Assembly: GCA_015488885.1 (NCBI GenBank)
Contig: WFMW01000031.1
Span: 5,566-69,565 of the forward strand
Reading direction: 5' to 3'
Source: Gammaproteobacteria bacterium
Lineage (GTDB): Bacteria; Pseudomonadota; Gammaproteobacteria; SZUA-229
Length of the DNA stretch: 64,000 nucleotides
Below the pieces are notes generated by a model that saw only the letters and a program-made list of their open reading frames with translations, searched no databases and was not told the origin of the DNA. The translations under genes and the position numbers were made by a program. Positions 42,556 through 53,181 of the stretch are shown piece by piece. The stretch's first letter is position 1. Every line of letters begins with the position of its first letter.

Positions 42556-42610
42556 ATAAACCTGTCCGAGAATAGAGCGCAGTAGGTTCTCTATTCTCGG
42601 ACAGGTTTAT
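42556..42610 (+). promoter_or_regulatory. 22-bp perfect inverted repeat (11-nt loop). Its 3' arm contains the plsB start codon.
   Basis: ATAAACCTGTCCGAGAATAGAG-cgcagtaggtt-CTCTATTCTCGGACAGGTTTAT. No T-run follows, and the ATG of plsB is inside the right arm. Confidence 0.4.
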
Positions 42611-45125
42611 GGATGCTGTTGGCGATTCTATGAGTTTACACTCACCACTTAATTACATCGCCAGAAAACTGCTTTATCTATGGATAAAAACGGACGTTCT
42701 GCATAGCGGAGAAGTTCTCAGGCATGCTGATGAAAACAACACGCTGGTGTATGTACTGGCTGAGCGTTCATGGGCGGATTTGCTGGTACTGGAACAGGAG
42801 TGTAAGCGCCTGCATCTACCCATGCCACTGGCACATTTAAGTTCAGCATTATTTAATAGCAGGTGCCGAGTTTATACCGTAGAACACAAGCGACCACTAA
42901 AAGCCTGGCTGCAACAAAGGCCTAAACGCTCTGCCATGCTTGGTGATTTACTACATGGATTAATACAATCACCACATCAGGATATCTTATTTATACCCGT
43001 CTCCATCTTCTGGGGCCGACCGGTGGTAAAACAGAAACACTGGTTAAATGTTCTGTTTGCAGACACCTGGGGATTAGCCGGTCGTACCCGGCGATTTTTT
43101 ACTATTTTATTTAATGGTAAACATACTCTGGTACAGTTCTCGGGTGCTATTTCTTTCCGTCAACAAATCAATCAATCGCTAAATGATGGCTCCTTGTTAG
43201 ATAAGAATACCATCATTGATAACACCCAGACATTATTAGCTACCCGCCTGAATGAAATAAAAACAGCGACGCTGGGACCAGATGTGTCGCATCGGCGTAC
43301 CTTGATAAGAAAACTGTTATCCAGATCCGAGGTGGAGACAGCAATACAACAGCTTGCCGAAGAAAAACAAATACCGAACTATCAGGCAACCAGACAGGCA
43401 CAGAAATATCTGCTGGAAATTGTTGCCAACTGCAATGACATCACTATTCAGTTATTGCAGCGTGTGCTCACTGCCTTCTGGCACAGGTTTTACGCTGGCA
43501 TTGATATTTACCACAGCAAAAAACTCGCTACCCTGGCCCTCAGCCACGAACTGATTTATGTGCCTTGCCATCGCAGCCATATCGACTACCTGCTGTTATC
43601 CTATGTAATACATGCTGAAGGTCTTGCCATCCCCTATATCGCCGCCGGTAAAAACCTTAATATGCCCGTAATTGGCCCGATACTACGTAAGGGCGGAGCT
43701 TTTTTTATCCGTCGTACCTTCAAGGATAATCTTTTATATTCCACGGTTATTTTTGAATATCTGGCATCTCTGGTAAACATGGGAATGCCGGTTGAATATT
43801 TTATTGAAGGCGGACGTAGCCGCACTGGCCGACTGTTAAAGCCTAAACCCGGTATGTTAGCTATGACAATCCGTGCATTTCTCAAATACCGTCAACGACC
43901 TGTCGCCTTTATTCCAGTTTCTATTGCCTATGAAAAAATGATTGAAGGGCATGCCTATCTGGCCGAACTGGAAGGCGATGATAAAAAATCTGAAAATTTA
44001 TTTACTTCGATTAAAGCCTTTTTTCATATACGTGGCTTTTATGGCCGCGTAGCAACCAGCTTTGGCGAACCGGTTCTGCTTAATGATATTCTTAAACAAA
44101 CCAGACCTGACTGGCAGAATGAAAATTTTGATGATAAAAATCGGCCCGACTGGTTGATTTCTGCTGTCAACACAACAGCCAGCTGTATCATGCATAATAT
44201 TAATCAGACTACACATGTTAACGCAACCAGCCTGATTGCCACCGCATTGCTAGCAACCGACAATCAGGCCATGGATGAAGGTGAGTTACAACGCACATTG
44301 AGCGTTTACCTCATGCTGATAAAACAGATAAATACATCAGCTAATATTACCCTTACCACACTGAATGCACATGAACAGATACAGCGTGCCGAAAAATTAA
44401 AACTGGTCAAACGCCGCCAGCATGAAATGGGAGATTTTATTTATCTGGAACGTCCAACGGCAATATTATTAACGTATTATCGAAATAATATTTTACATCT
44501 AATGACCTTACCTTCACTGGTGGCCTGCTGTTTCACCAATACCAACACCATTAATCGCGAAAAAATAATAAATTATATCGCCATTGTTTACCCTTTTTTA
44601 GAAGCAGAGTTTTATCTTGATAAGCAAGATGAGTCACTCGAAACTATCGTCGATAAAATTTTAAATCAATTTGTTGATATGGGGTTATTGTTAAAATGTA
44701 CCGCATCAAATGTCTTTTCAAAACCAGGCCTTAATTCAATGAAACATGCACAAGTTTTATACCTGCAGAAAGTCATCTCGCCAGTACTTGAACTTTATTA
44801 TATTATTTTTGCCTTGCTGGCAAATCAGCAAGCTGATGCACCAACACGCCAAAAACTTGAAAACCAGTGTCACCTGATAGCACAACGCATCTCACTTATT
44901 TATGAAATCAATTCGCCGGACTTTTTCGATAAAAAGTTAATTATTAATTTTATCGATACTTTAATAGCGCTGGGGTACGTCAATCTGGATAACAATAAAC
45001 TGACAATATGCCAGCCTGCAATTGAAAAAGGACGGCAGGCACGTCACCTGCTGGATAAAAAAATGCAGTACAATATATTACAGATGCTGCGTTCAGCCAA
45101 GGAGCCTCTAAAGACCGCTGAATAA
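42609..45125 (+). CDS. plsB: Glycerol-3-phosphate 1-O-acyltransferase
   Basis: VPCHRSHIDYLLLSYV (HxxxxD), FFIRRTF and YFIEGGRSRTGRLL motifs, collinear with E. coli PlsB. 838 aa. Confidence 0.9.
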   Translation: MDAVGDSMSLHSPLNYIARKLLYLWIKTDVLHSGEVLRHADENNTLVYVLAERSWADLLVLEQECKRLHLPMPLAHLSSALFNSRCRVYTVEHKRPLKAWLQQRPKRSAMLGDLLHGLIQSPHQDILFIPVSIFWGRPVVKQKHWLNVLFADTWGLAGRTRRFFTILFNGKHTLVQFSGAISFRQQINQSLNDGSLLDKNTIIDNTQTLLATRLNEIKTATLGPDVSHRRTLIRKLLSRSEVETAIQQLAEEKQIPNYQATRQAQKYLLEIVANCNDITIQLLQRVLTAFWHRFYAGIDIYHSKKLATLALSHELIYVPCHRSHIDYLLLSYVIHAEGLAIPYIAAGKNLNMPVIGPILRKGGAFFIRRTFKDNLLYSTVIFEYLASLVNMGMPVEYFIEGGRSRTGRLLKPKPGMLAMTIRAFLKYRQRPVAFIPVSIAYEKMIEGHAYLAELEGDDKKSENLFTSIKAFFHIRGFYGRVATSFGEPVLLNDILKQTRPDWQNENFDDKNRPDWLISAVNTTASCIMHNINQTTHVNATSLIATALLATDNQAMDEGELQRTLSVYLMLIKQINTSANITLTTLNAHEQIQRAEKLKLVKRRQHEMGDFIYLERPTAILLTYYRNNILHLMTLPSLVACCFTNTNTINREKIINYIAIVYPFLEAEFYLDKQDESLETIVDKILNQFVDMGLLLKCTASNVFSKPGLNSMKHAQVLYLQKVISPVLELYYIIFALLANQQADAPTRQKLENQCHLIAQRISLIYEINSPDFFDKKLIINFIDTLIALGYVNLDNNKLTICQPAIEKGRQARHLLDKKMQYNILQMLRSAKEPLKTAE

Positions 45126-45138
45126 CGGGGCAACCACC

Positions 45139-47889
45139 ATGTCAATACTGACTCATAAAATAAAGCAATTTTATAACAACAACCGACTTAAATCACGCCT
45201 GCTTATTGCTGCCTTTATAGTTACCGCATTACTGGTTGTTTTTCGCATAACACTGCCTTTTACTGTTATTTATAGCACCACATCATGGCTGGCGAAACAG
45301 GGTATAAACACACATATAGAGGACATTGATTTCGATTTTATAAACGGTAGAATGTTGCTGAAAAATGCCAGTGGTACAGATAAGAATCATCATAAATTTA
45401 ATATTGGAAATATAAAGCTGTCATGGCGATGGGCTCCATTATCTGACAAAATTATCGACATTACCGGTGTAGAAATACAAAACATGAAAATAGACATCCA
45501 GCGTTATACCGACACCACCATTATTTCCGGCATTAATCTGACAGAGCTATCCTCCACTAATAAAAATACCGGCAAAACGATCAGCAAAAAAACGTCTGCT
45601 GCTGATAATAGTAAGATTCCACAATGGGGCGCATCCATTGGAAGCATAAGTTTTTCCAACACTCATCTCTGCTACCAGCAATATGCAGGCGCTTTCAAAA
45701 CATCATCGCACAAAAACCCTCAGCTGGATTATTGTGCAAAGCTGGATAAACTCCTGTGGCAGGGAAAATTGAATTATGCGATAAGCAAAAAAGTATCGAC
45801 CAGACAAAAGCTGCCAATTACTATCCGTGGAGATTTCAAAATTTCAGGACTTGCTATTCTGGATAAACGATTTAACCGTTATTTAATTCGCAGCAAGCAA
45901 GCCCGTATCAGTCGTCTTGCTGTTAATGGCCTTGATAATATTTCCATTGATGCTATTCATATCAATGATCTTTCTGCTTTACAACGTGGCGACAAAAAGC
46001 ATTTTGATACAGTACGATTAAAAGATGCTGGCTTTGATAAAATAAAATTACAGCATTTAAACAAGCTTGGCATCAATAACATAAGCCTTTCATCACCTGA
46101 TCTGTTTATCAAAAAAGACAAAAAGGGTAATTGGGAATATAAGCAATGGTTACACCTCCCCGCAACACAAAACCGACATACCAAAAATCGCTCGACACCA
46201 ATAAAAAACTCCGCCATTACAGGATATTCACTGGCAGTCAACATAGCGGCTATACGCATTAATAACTCGGATTTTTGCTATGATGACACTAGCACCGCTT
46301 TTTATTATTGCCTCAATCAGAACCGTTTTGACTGGAAGGGAAAAATACATTTTTCCACAAAAAATAACGCCCTCAACCTTACTGGCGATCTTGCCCTGGA
46401 TAAAACCAGTATCAGCAATCGAATCCTCCAGCGTCAACTGCTTTCCTTAAACAAACTTGTACTAACTCAACTTTCTATTAACAACTTTAATCATATTACT
46501 GTCAACGATATCCGCCTGGAAAATCTTCATGCCCTTCAACGTTCCAGAAAAATGAATGATGACACGCTCTGGTTCAGTAATCTCAATATTAATGCTGTCA
46601 GGTTTATCAATACAGATAATATAGCTATTAATACAATTAACCTGACTGAACCTGGCATACAGGTTTCAAAAAATATTAATGGTAACTGGGAATTTAATAA
46701 ATGGCTGGAAAACATAAACAGGAAACCCGACCTAAAAACGCCCTCCCCAGTTATTAAAAAATACAGGCAGAAAAAAACTGACATCAATAAAAAACCATTT
46801 ATTTTTTCAATAAATAAATTAGCTATAACATCTGATCAGAATATGATTTACCGAGATAAAAGTTTAAAACCAGAACTTCTGGTCGGTTTAAAACAAATTT
46901 CTCTTCATGCTGAAAATATCAATAATGCTAGACCGAAACAAAAGATTCAGTTCAAACTATATGCAAAAAGTACCCGACATGCCACCATTAAACTGGCTGG
47001 ATATATTCTGCCATTTAGGGCGGAACCTTCATTTAATGCCGCCGGTAATCTGCTTGGTCTTGATTTACGCGCCGCATCACCAGCCGTGCGAAAGGCAACA
47101 GGTCATATTATAGAAAGCGGTCAAATGGATGCCAGGCTGAAATTACTGGCTAAAAACGGTATTTTACACAGCAATATTAACCTGACTTTGTACCAGTTTA
47201 AACTTAAAGCGATCAGCCAGAAAGATGCCACTGCACTTGATAAAATATTTGGTATGCCGGTTAATCAGTCTCTGGCATTATTACGTAACAAAGACGGGGA
47301 TATTCATCTTGATATACCAGTCACTGGCAATATTGACAAACCTGATTTTGACCCAGTTAATGCCATAATCAAAGCAACCACAAAAGCAACAACATTTACT
47401 CTGATTACCTTTTTTACGCCCTACGGTCTGGTCTATGCCGGTAGTAACCTGCTCTACGATCTGGCTACTGCTGTAGATTTCAAGCCAGTATTGTTTATGC
47501 CAGGTTCAACCTTACTGTCGGCAACAAACAGACGACAGCTTGATAAACTTGCCGTTATGCTCAATAAAAAACCACAGTTGCATTTAACCCTCTGTGGCAG
47601 TAGCAACCAGGCCGACTGGAAAAAACTGTTCCCAGAAACTCGTGACAAACAAGCCGACAGTAAAACAGAAGAACAGAATGGCATTCAGCCTACCAGAAAT
47701 ACAGTAAAAATCAGACGCAACACAGATAGAGCAAAACGTGAGACGTTGATAAAACTGGCGACTAAACGTCAGCAGACAATAAAATCCTACCTGATTGATA
47801 AAGCTAAAACTGGTGCTGACCGATTAATATTATGTACACCAGAATTTAATACCGGGAAGGCTATTGCTGGTGTTAATATCAATATCTAA
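45139..47889 (+). CDS. AsmA-like / DUF748-family large envelope protein with an OmpA-like C-terminal region
   Basis: N-terminal TM anchor, a long Asn-rich beta-rich body, and a C-terminal segment resembling OmpA-like peptidoglycan-binding domains. Confidence 0.5.
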   Translation: MSILTHKIKQFYNNNRLKSRLLIAAFIVTALLVVFRITLPFTVIYSTTSWLAKQGINTHIEDIDFDFINGRMLLKNASGTDKNHHKFNIGNIKLSWRWAPLSDKIIDITGVEIQNMKIDIQRYTDTTIISGINLTELSSTNKNTGKTISKKTSAADNSKIPQWGASIGSISFSNTHLCYQQYAGAFKTSSHKNPQLDYCAKLDKLLWQGKLNYAISKKVSTRQKLPITIRGDFKISGLAILDKRFNRYLIRSKQARISRLAVNGLDNISIDAIHINDLSALQRGDKKHFDTVRLKDAGFDKIKLQHLNKLGINNISLSSPDLFIKKDKKGNWEYKQWLHLPATQNRHTKNRSTPIKNSAITGYSLAVNIAAIRINNSDFCYDDTSTAFYYCLNQNRFDWKGKIHFSTKNNALNLTGDLALDKTSISNRILQRQLLSLNKLVLTQLSINNFNHITVNDIRLENLHALQRSRKMNDDTLWFSNLNINAVRFINTDNIAINTINLTEPGIQVSKNINGNWEFNKWLENINRKPDLKTPSPVIKKYRQKKTDINKKPFIFSINKLAITSDQNMIYRDKSLKPELLVGLKQISLHAENINNARPKQKIQFKLYAKSTRHATIKLAGYILPFRAEPSFNAAGNLLGLDLRAASPAVRKATGHIIESGQMDARLKLLAKNGILHSNINLTLYQFKLKAISQKDATALDKIFGMPVNQSLALLRNKDGDIHLDIPVTGNIDKPDFDPVNAIIKATTKATTFTLITFFTPYGLVYAGSNLLYDLATAVDFKPVLFMPGSTLLSATNRRQLDKLAVMLNKKPQLHLTLCGSSNQADWKKLFPETRDKQADSKTEEQNGIQPTRNTVKIRRNTDRAKRETLIKLATKRQQTIKSYLIDKAKTGADRLILCTPEFNTGKAIAGVNINI

Positions 47890-48095
47890 GCAACCTTTGA
47901 GAAAGCCGTGAATACGCATCTTGCGTTCAGATTTTCCTTAGCACTCACTTGTCACAGAGCCTTTATGATATGCATTCCCACGCGGAGCGACAATAGCATT
48001 CACGTAAGGCAATTTTATATTTTACCGTCATTCCTGCATGCTATCTCCGCCAAGCTGGGCACAGGCTTTAGCAGGAATCCAGGAGCCTGTTAGAT

Positions 48096-49118
48096 TTATA
48101 AATTTTTCAACGCGCCGTGTTTTAATGCTTCCCGACTAAAAACCCCCTTATCACAAATAAAGGCGGTTACATTTTCGACCGGCGAAACATCAAAGGCCGG
48201 GTTGCATACCGGTGCATTTTCGGGTGCCCAGCAGACATCGCCAAAACTTCCGCGAGCGCCTCGTACTTCGTAGGCCTCACGTTCTTCAATGGGAATAGCA
48301 TCACCGGATTCACATGTAAAATCGATAGTGGTATACGGTGCTACCGGATAAAATGGAATACGGTGATATTTAGCCAGTATTGATACCCCGTAGGTACCAA
48401 TCTTATTGGCAAAGTCACCGTTAAGCGCGACCCGGTCAGAACCGATAAAGACTTTTTGAACCCTGCCGGCTTTCATCATCTGCGCGGCCATATTGTCGGT
48501 GATAAGGGAATAAGGAATACCTGCCTGTTGAAGCTCCCAGGCCGTCAGTCTCGCACCCTGTAATAAAGGCCGGGTTTCATCAACATAAACATGAATTTTT
48601 TTACCCTGCTCATGGGCTTTAAAAATTACCCCGAGCGCCGTACCGACACCTGCAGTAACCAGTCTGCCGGTATTGCAATGAGTAAGAATACCATCACCAT
48701 CATTAACCAGCTCGGTACCGTATTCAGCCATCCTGTCACAGAGTATTACGTCCTCGTCAAAAGCCCTGACCGCTTCTTCCTCAAAAAGCGAATGAAAGTT
48801 TTGCTCTGTTAAATGTGCGAGCATTCGGTCGATAACCAGCATTAAATTAATTGCAGTCGGGCGCGACTCACGTAATTTTAATGCCATGGCACGAACTTCA
48901 TCCCGGTCATTCATGCCTCGTGAAAATCGGGCTAATGCAAGCCCGGCTGAAATGCCAATAGCCGGTGCACCGCGTATTTTTAGCCCCTGAATAATAGTCA
49001 CCATGTGATCCACATCTTTAACCCGAATCAGCACTTCTTTCTGGGGCAGAAGCTGCTGGTCGAGTATGTAAAGTTCGCCGTCTTTAAAGCGAATTCCCAG
49101 AGCGTGTAGATCTTTCAT
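48096..49118 (-). CDS. mtnA: Methylthioribose-1-phosphate isomerase
   Basis: eIF-2B alpha/beta/delta family. Typical N-terminus (LILDQQLLPQKEV...GAPAIGI). Confidence 0.85.
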   Translation of the reverse strand: MKDLHALGIRFKDGELYILDQQLLPQKEVLIRVKDVDHMVTIIQGLKIRGAPAIGISAGLALARFSRGMNDRDEVRAMALKLRESRPTAINLMLVIDRMLAHLTEQNFHSLFEEEAVRAFDEDVILCDRMAEYGTELVNDGDGILTHCNTGRLVTAGVGTALGVIFKAHEQGKKIHVYVDETRPLLQGARLTAWELQQAGIPYSLITDNMAAQMMKAGRVQKVFIGSDRVALNGDFANKIGTYGVSILAKYHRIPFYPVAPYTTIDFTCESGDAIPIEEREAYEVRGARGSFGDVCWAPENAPVCNPAFDVSPVENVTAFICDKGVFSREALKHGALKNL

Positions 49119-49795
49119 AAGGTTTTGTCTCCGATATTTTTTCGCATGGCATAAAGTGCATGGATGGTCTGTTTATCAAGTTCTGTCACTGCGCCAAATT
49201 CTTTTGCTTTAAGTAAAATATCACAGGCATGTTCCAGCCTTTCCATGCCGTTACAGGCTTCGATAAGATCCTCACCAAAACTCAAGGCACCGTGACGGGC
49301 AAGCACCATAACTTTATGCTTGTTGATAAAAGGATGCAGTGCCGCGCCCATCTCCGGGCTGCCCGGCATCTGGAAAGGAACAATGGGGAGTTTGCCAGCC
49401 GCAAGAATCAGCTCGGAAAAACTGTTACCGGGTATTTCCGCAGCATCAGGATGAGCAATAGTGTATGCCACGGCTGTAGGAGGATGTGCATGAATCACCG
49501 CTCTGGCATCCGCCCGCATTTTGTAAACCTCAAGATGCATTAACATTTCACTGCTGGGGTTTCCCTGTATCACCCTGCCATGGATATCGATAACTGAAAT
49601 ATCTTCCTCTGCCAGCAGGAACTTGGGCTTTGCTGATGGGGTGATGAGAATGGTATTATCATCATAGCGATAACTAATGTTCCCATCACACGCCGCCAGC
49701 ATATTTTTATCATGAAGCAGGCCAGCAAATTTAATAATCTGCGCTCTGATTTGTCGCTGTGATTTATTCATTGATCCATGATGATTCCCGAACAC
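49115..49795 (-). CDS. mtnB: Methylthioribulose-1-phosphate dehydratase (class II aldolase/adducin fold)
   Basis: Class II aldolase motifs (HAHP, GNISYR). Overlaps the mtnA start by 4 bp. The true start is probably MNKSQ at 49769. Confidence 0.75.
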   Translation of the reverse strand: MFGNHHGSMNKSQRQIRAQIIKFAGLLHDKNMLAACDGNISYRYDDNTILITPSAKPKFLLAEEDISVIDIHGRVIQGNPSSEMLMHLEVYKMRADARAVIHAHPPTAVAYTIAHPDAAEIPGNSFSELILAAGKLPIVPFQMPGSPEMGAALHPFINKHKVMVLARHGALSFGEDLIEACNGMERLEHACDILLKAKEFGAVTELDKQTIHALYAMRKNIGDKTL

Positions 49796-49860
49796 CCTTT
49801 TTCTTTTTGATTAAAAAAACAACCGACTATTCAGTAAGGGTTAATGCTCATCATTTCAGG

Positions 49861-50934
49861 TTATCGAATATTGTAATAAATCTTTTCTGATATATCATCC
49901 CAGGCCCTGACCTGTTTATAGAACTTGCTGTAGGAGGCATAGATTTTTTTTGCGTTGGTATTTTTACCCGCCAGTTCCTGCACAACTTCATGTGACAGGG
50001 TTTTTAATTTTGCCAGCACATCATCAGGCAGGCGTTTTACGTCAACATGAAATTTATTCACCAGCGTTTCCAGCGCAACACCATTTTTCGCGGTGAACTC
50101 GGTGGACATATCCTGATTAACCACCTTGCAGGCATTGCTGACGATTGCCTGCAAATCTTTGGGCAGGGCTGCATAGGCTTTTTTATTAATAATGGCTTCA
50201 AGCGTGGTGCCAGGTTCGTGCCAGCCGGGGTAATAATAATACTTTGCAGCTTTATGCAGGCCAAAGGCCATATCATTATAGGGACCCACCCATTCGGTCG
50301 CATCAATCGCACCGGTTTTCAGGGCGGTAAATAATTCGCCACCGGGTAAATTTACCGGCGTACCACCGGCACGTTTTAATACCTCGCCGCCGAGGCCGGG
50401 AATGCGCATTTTCAAACCCTGTAAATCTTTCACACTGTTAATGGTTTTGTTAAACCAGCCAGCCATCTGCACATTGGTATTGCCTGCCGCCAGCGGAATC
50501 ACACCAAAAGGTTTATAGGTTTCCTCCCAGAGCTGCATACCACCGCCATAATATAACCACGAGGTCATTTCCTGCCCGTTCATGCCATAGGGTACGGTGG
50601 AAAAAAACTGTGCTTCTTCTATTTTACCTTTCCAGTAATAGGCCGAGCCGTGGCCGATTTGCGCAGTGCCACGAGATACCGCGTCGAACACTTCAAAAGC
50701 AGGAATTAATTCTTTTGCGCCATACACCTTAACCTTGATACGCCCACCGCTCATTTGTGTAATCAGTTTTGCCAGTTCATTGGCACCCGTACCCAGTACC
50801 GGAAAATTTTTCGGCCAGGTGGTGACCATTTTCCATTTTATACCTGTATTTGCATGAACGATGGCTGGTGCCGCAATACTGCTGGAGGCAATGACCCCGA
50901 TACCGGCATTTTTTATAAATTCACGACGTTTCAT
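49861..50934 (-). CDS. dctP: TRAP transporter DctP-family substrate-binding protein with a twin-arginine-like signal
   Basis: KRREFIK followed by a hydrophobic region and AHA cleavage site. DctP family body. Confidence 0.85.
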   Translation of the reverse strand: MKRREFIKNAGIGVIASSSIAAPAIVHANTGIKWKMVTTWPKNFPVLGTGANELAKLITQMSGGRIKVKVYGAKELIPAFEVFDAVSRGTAQIGHGSAYYWKGKIEEAQFFSTVPYGMNGQEMTSWLYYGGGMQLWEETYKPFGVIPLAAGNTNVQMAGWFNKTINSVKDLQGLKMRIPGLGGEVLKRAGGTPVNLPGGELFTALKTGAIDATEWVGPYNDMAFGLHKAAKYYYYPGWHEPGTTLEAIINKKAYAALPKDLQAIVSNACKVVNQDMSTEFTAKNGVALETLVNKFHVDVKRLPDDVLAKLKTLSHEVVQELAGKNTNAKKIYASYSKFYKQVRAWDDISEKIYYNIR

Positions 50935-50959
50935 TTTTTTACCTTTTATATTTTATATA

Positions 50960-53179
50960 TTACAAACCCTGTAAATTGGCATAGGCCATGACCAGCCATT
51001 TACTGCCTGCGTGTTCAAAATTAACTTCGACACGAGCATGGCTGCCACTACCTTCCAGATTCGTCACCATGCCTTCACCGAATTTTGTATGGCTGACACG
51101 TTGTCCAACCCGAAGACCATTGACGCTTTCATTTTGGTTATAATGACCCGCACCACCGTTAGCATAACGATAAACCGGTCGGGATATCGTTGGTTTGGTA
51201 CGCAGTTCCTCAAGCAGGTGTTCGGGAATCTCACTGACAAATCGTGATGGCCCGGGGTAGTGATCCTGACCATATAAGCGGCGATGCTCGGCGCAACTTA
51301 ACACCAGTTGTTCGCGGGCGCGGGTAATGCCGACATAACATAAACGGCGTTCTTCTTCGAGTTTACCTTCTTCATCCAGCGAGCGCTGTGAGGGAAACAG
51401 CCCTTCTTCCATGCCCACCATAAACACCAGTGGAAACTCCAGACCTTTGGCACTATGCAAAGTCATTAACTGCACGCAGTCATCCCACTGTGAAGCCTGC
51501 GCCTCACCCGCTTCTAGCGCAGCATGGGTAAGAAAAGCGGTGAGTATGTCCATGTCGCCCATTTCACTGCGGTCAAAATCAAAGCCACGCGCGGCAGTAA
51601 TTAATTCTTCGATATTTTCTACCCTGGCTTCGGCTTTTTCACCTTTTTCTTTCTGGTAATATTCAATTAAACCGATGTGATGCACCACATGATCGACCTG
51701 TTCATGCAGAGCAAGACCGGCAGTATCCTGTTTCATGGTTTCAATCAGGCGTAAAAAACCTGCCAGTGAATTGGCTGCTCGAGTCGCCAGCGTTTTATCA
51801 TCGATAATTTTTTTTGCTGCCATCCACATCGACAACTTGTGTTCACTTGCCCGTTGACGAATTTTTTCCACACTGCGTTCACCGATACCTCGCGTTGGCA
51901 CATTCACCACCCGCTCAAAAGAAGCATCATCATTCGGGTTATCCATCAGGCGTAAATAGGCCAGTGCATTTTTAATTTCGGCACGTTCAAAAAATCGCAT
52001 ACCACCATAAACCCGGTAGGGCATCCCCGCACTGACAAACTGCTCTTCAAAGGCGCGGGACTGGGCATTGGAACGGTATAAAATCGCCACGTCATTACGT
52101 GGCTGCCCCTGTTCAATATAAGCTTTTATTTTATCAAGGACGAAACGGGCTTCATCACGTTCATCAAAAGCATGGTAAAAGATAATCGGATGACCGTCAG
52201 CACCACTGCTCCATAATTTTTTACCCATGCGATCACTGTTATGGTCGATCAGGGCATTGGCGGCAGACAGGATGGTGGTGGTCGAGCGGTAATTTTGTTC
52301 CAGCCGGATGACTTCCAGGCTTGGAAAATGGCGCTGGAACAGTTGAATATTTTCTACTCGCGCACCACGCCAGCCATAGATCGCCTGATCATCATCACCG
52401 ACAATAAAAACTTTATTGTGTTGTCCGGCAAGCAGGCGGATTAAAGCATACTGGATGGTATTGGTGTCCTGAAACTCATCGACAAGGATATGCCTGAAGC
52501 GTTGTTGATAATGTTGCTGAAGTGAATCATGATCACGAATCAGTTCCAGTGAGCGCAGTAACAGTTCGGCAAAATCAATCACCCCGGCACGCTGACAGGC
52601 AATTTCATAGGCAGTATAAATACGTGTCAGTTGCTGATACAGCGGATTATTTGTGGTGTCTATATGTTGCGGACGCTTACCTTCATCCTTGCGCGCATTG
52701 ATAAATGCCTGCGCCTGTTTGGGTGGCCAGCGTGCTTCATCCAGTTCAAGATTTTTTAATATTCGTCTTACCAGTCGATACTGGTCATCCGCATCCAGTA
52801 TCTGAAAGGTCTGTGGCAGGCCGGCTTCCTGCCAGTGCTGGCGCAATAGCCGATGAGCCAGGCCATGAAAGGTACCTACCCACATACCGGCAATCGGCAT
52901 CGCCTGTAATTTTTCCACCCGCTGCCGCATTTCTGCCGCAGCTTTATTGGTAAAAGTTACCGCAAAAATATTATACGGTGAAACCCCCTCAACCTGATTT
53001 AACCAGGCAATACGATGAACCAGCACCCGGGTTTTCCCGCTACCGGCACCGGCCAGTACCAGCACATGTTCCGGTGGCGCGGTAACCGCCTGACGCTGGG
53101 CATCATTTAATTCATTTAGAATGGGTGAAACATCGGCATCACGGGCGGCAGCAAACACATTATCCATTATTTTTGGCAT
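50960..53179 (-). CDS. uvrD: DNA helicase II
   Basis: UvrD/Rep motifs (LAGAGSGKTRVL, helicase motifs II-VI). 739 aa. Confidence 0.9.
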   Translation of the reverse strand: MPKIMDNVFAAARDADVSPILNELNDAQRQAVTAPPEHVLVLAGAGSGKTRVLVHRIAWLNQVEGVSPYNIFAVTFTNKAAAEMRQRVEKLQAMPIAGMWVGTFHGLAHRLLRQHWQEAGLPQTFQILDADDQYRLVRRILKNLELDEARWPPKQAQAFINARKDEGKRPQHIDTTNNPLYQQLTRIYTAYEIACQRAGVIDFAELLLRSLELIRDHDSLQQHYQQRFRHILVDEFQDTNTIQYALIRLLAGQHNKVFIVGDDDQAIYGWRGARVENIQLFQRHFPSLEVIRLEQNYRSTTTILSAANALIDHNSDRMGKKLWSSGADGHPIIFYHAFDERDEARFVLDKIKAYIEQGQPRNDVAILYRSNAQSRAFEEQFVSAGMPYRVYGGMRFFERAEIKNALAYLRLMDNPNDDASFERVVNVPTRGIGERSVEKIRQRASEHKLSMWMAAKKIIDDKTLATRAANSLAGFLRLIETMKQDTAGLALHEQVDHVVHHIGLIEYYQKEKGEKAEARVENIEELITAARGFDFDRSEMGDMDILTAFLTHAALEAGEAQASQWDDCVQLMTLHSAKGLEFPLVFMVGMEEGLFPSQRSLDEEGKLEEERRLCYVGITRAREQLVLSCAEHRRLYGQDHYPGPSRFVSEIPEHLLEELRTKPTISRPVYRYANGGAGHYNQNESVNGLRVGQRVSHTKFGEGMVTNLEGSGSHARVEVNFEHAGSKWLVMAYANLQGL

Positions 53180-53181
53180 GG

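Noticed and set aside
47908-48093. 61-aa ORF between the AsmA-like gene and mtnA. The region also contains nested inverted repeats (ATTCCTGC/GCAGGAAT and ACAGGC/GCCTGT).
   Set aside because: The ORF has no start context and poor composition. The inverted repeats are more simply a convergent terminator or structured spacer. The nested-repeat signal is weak.
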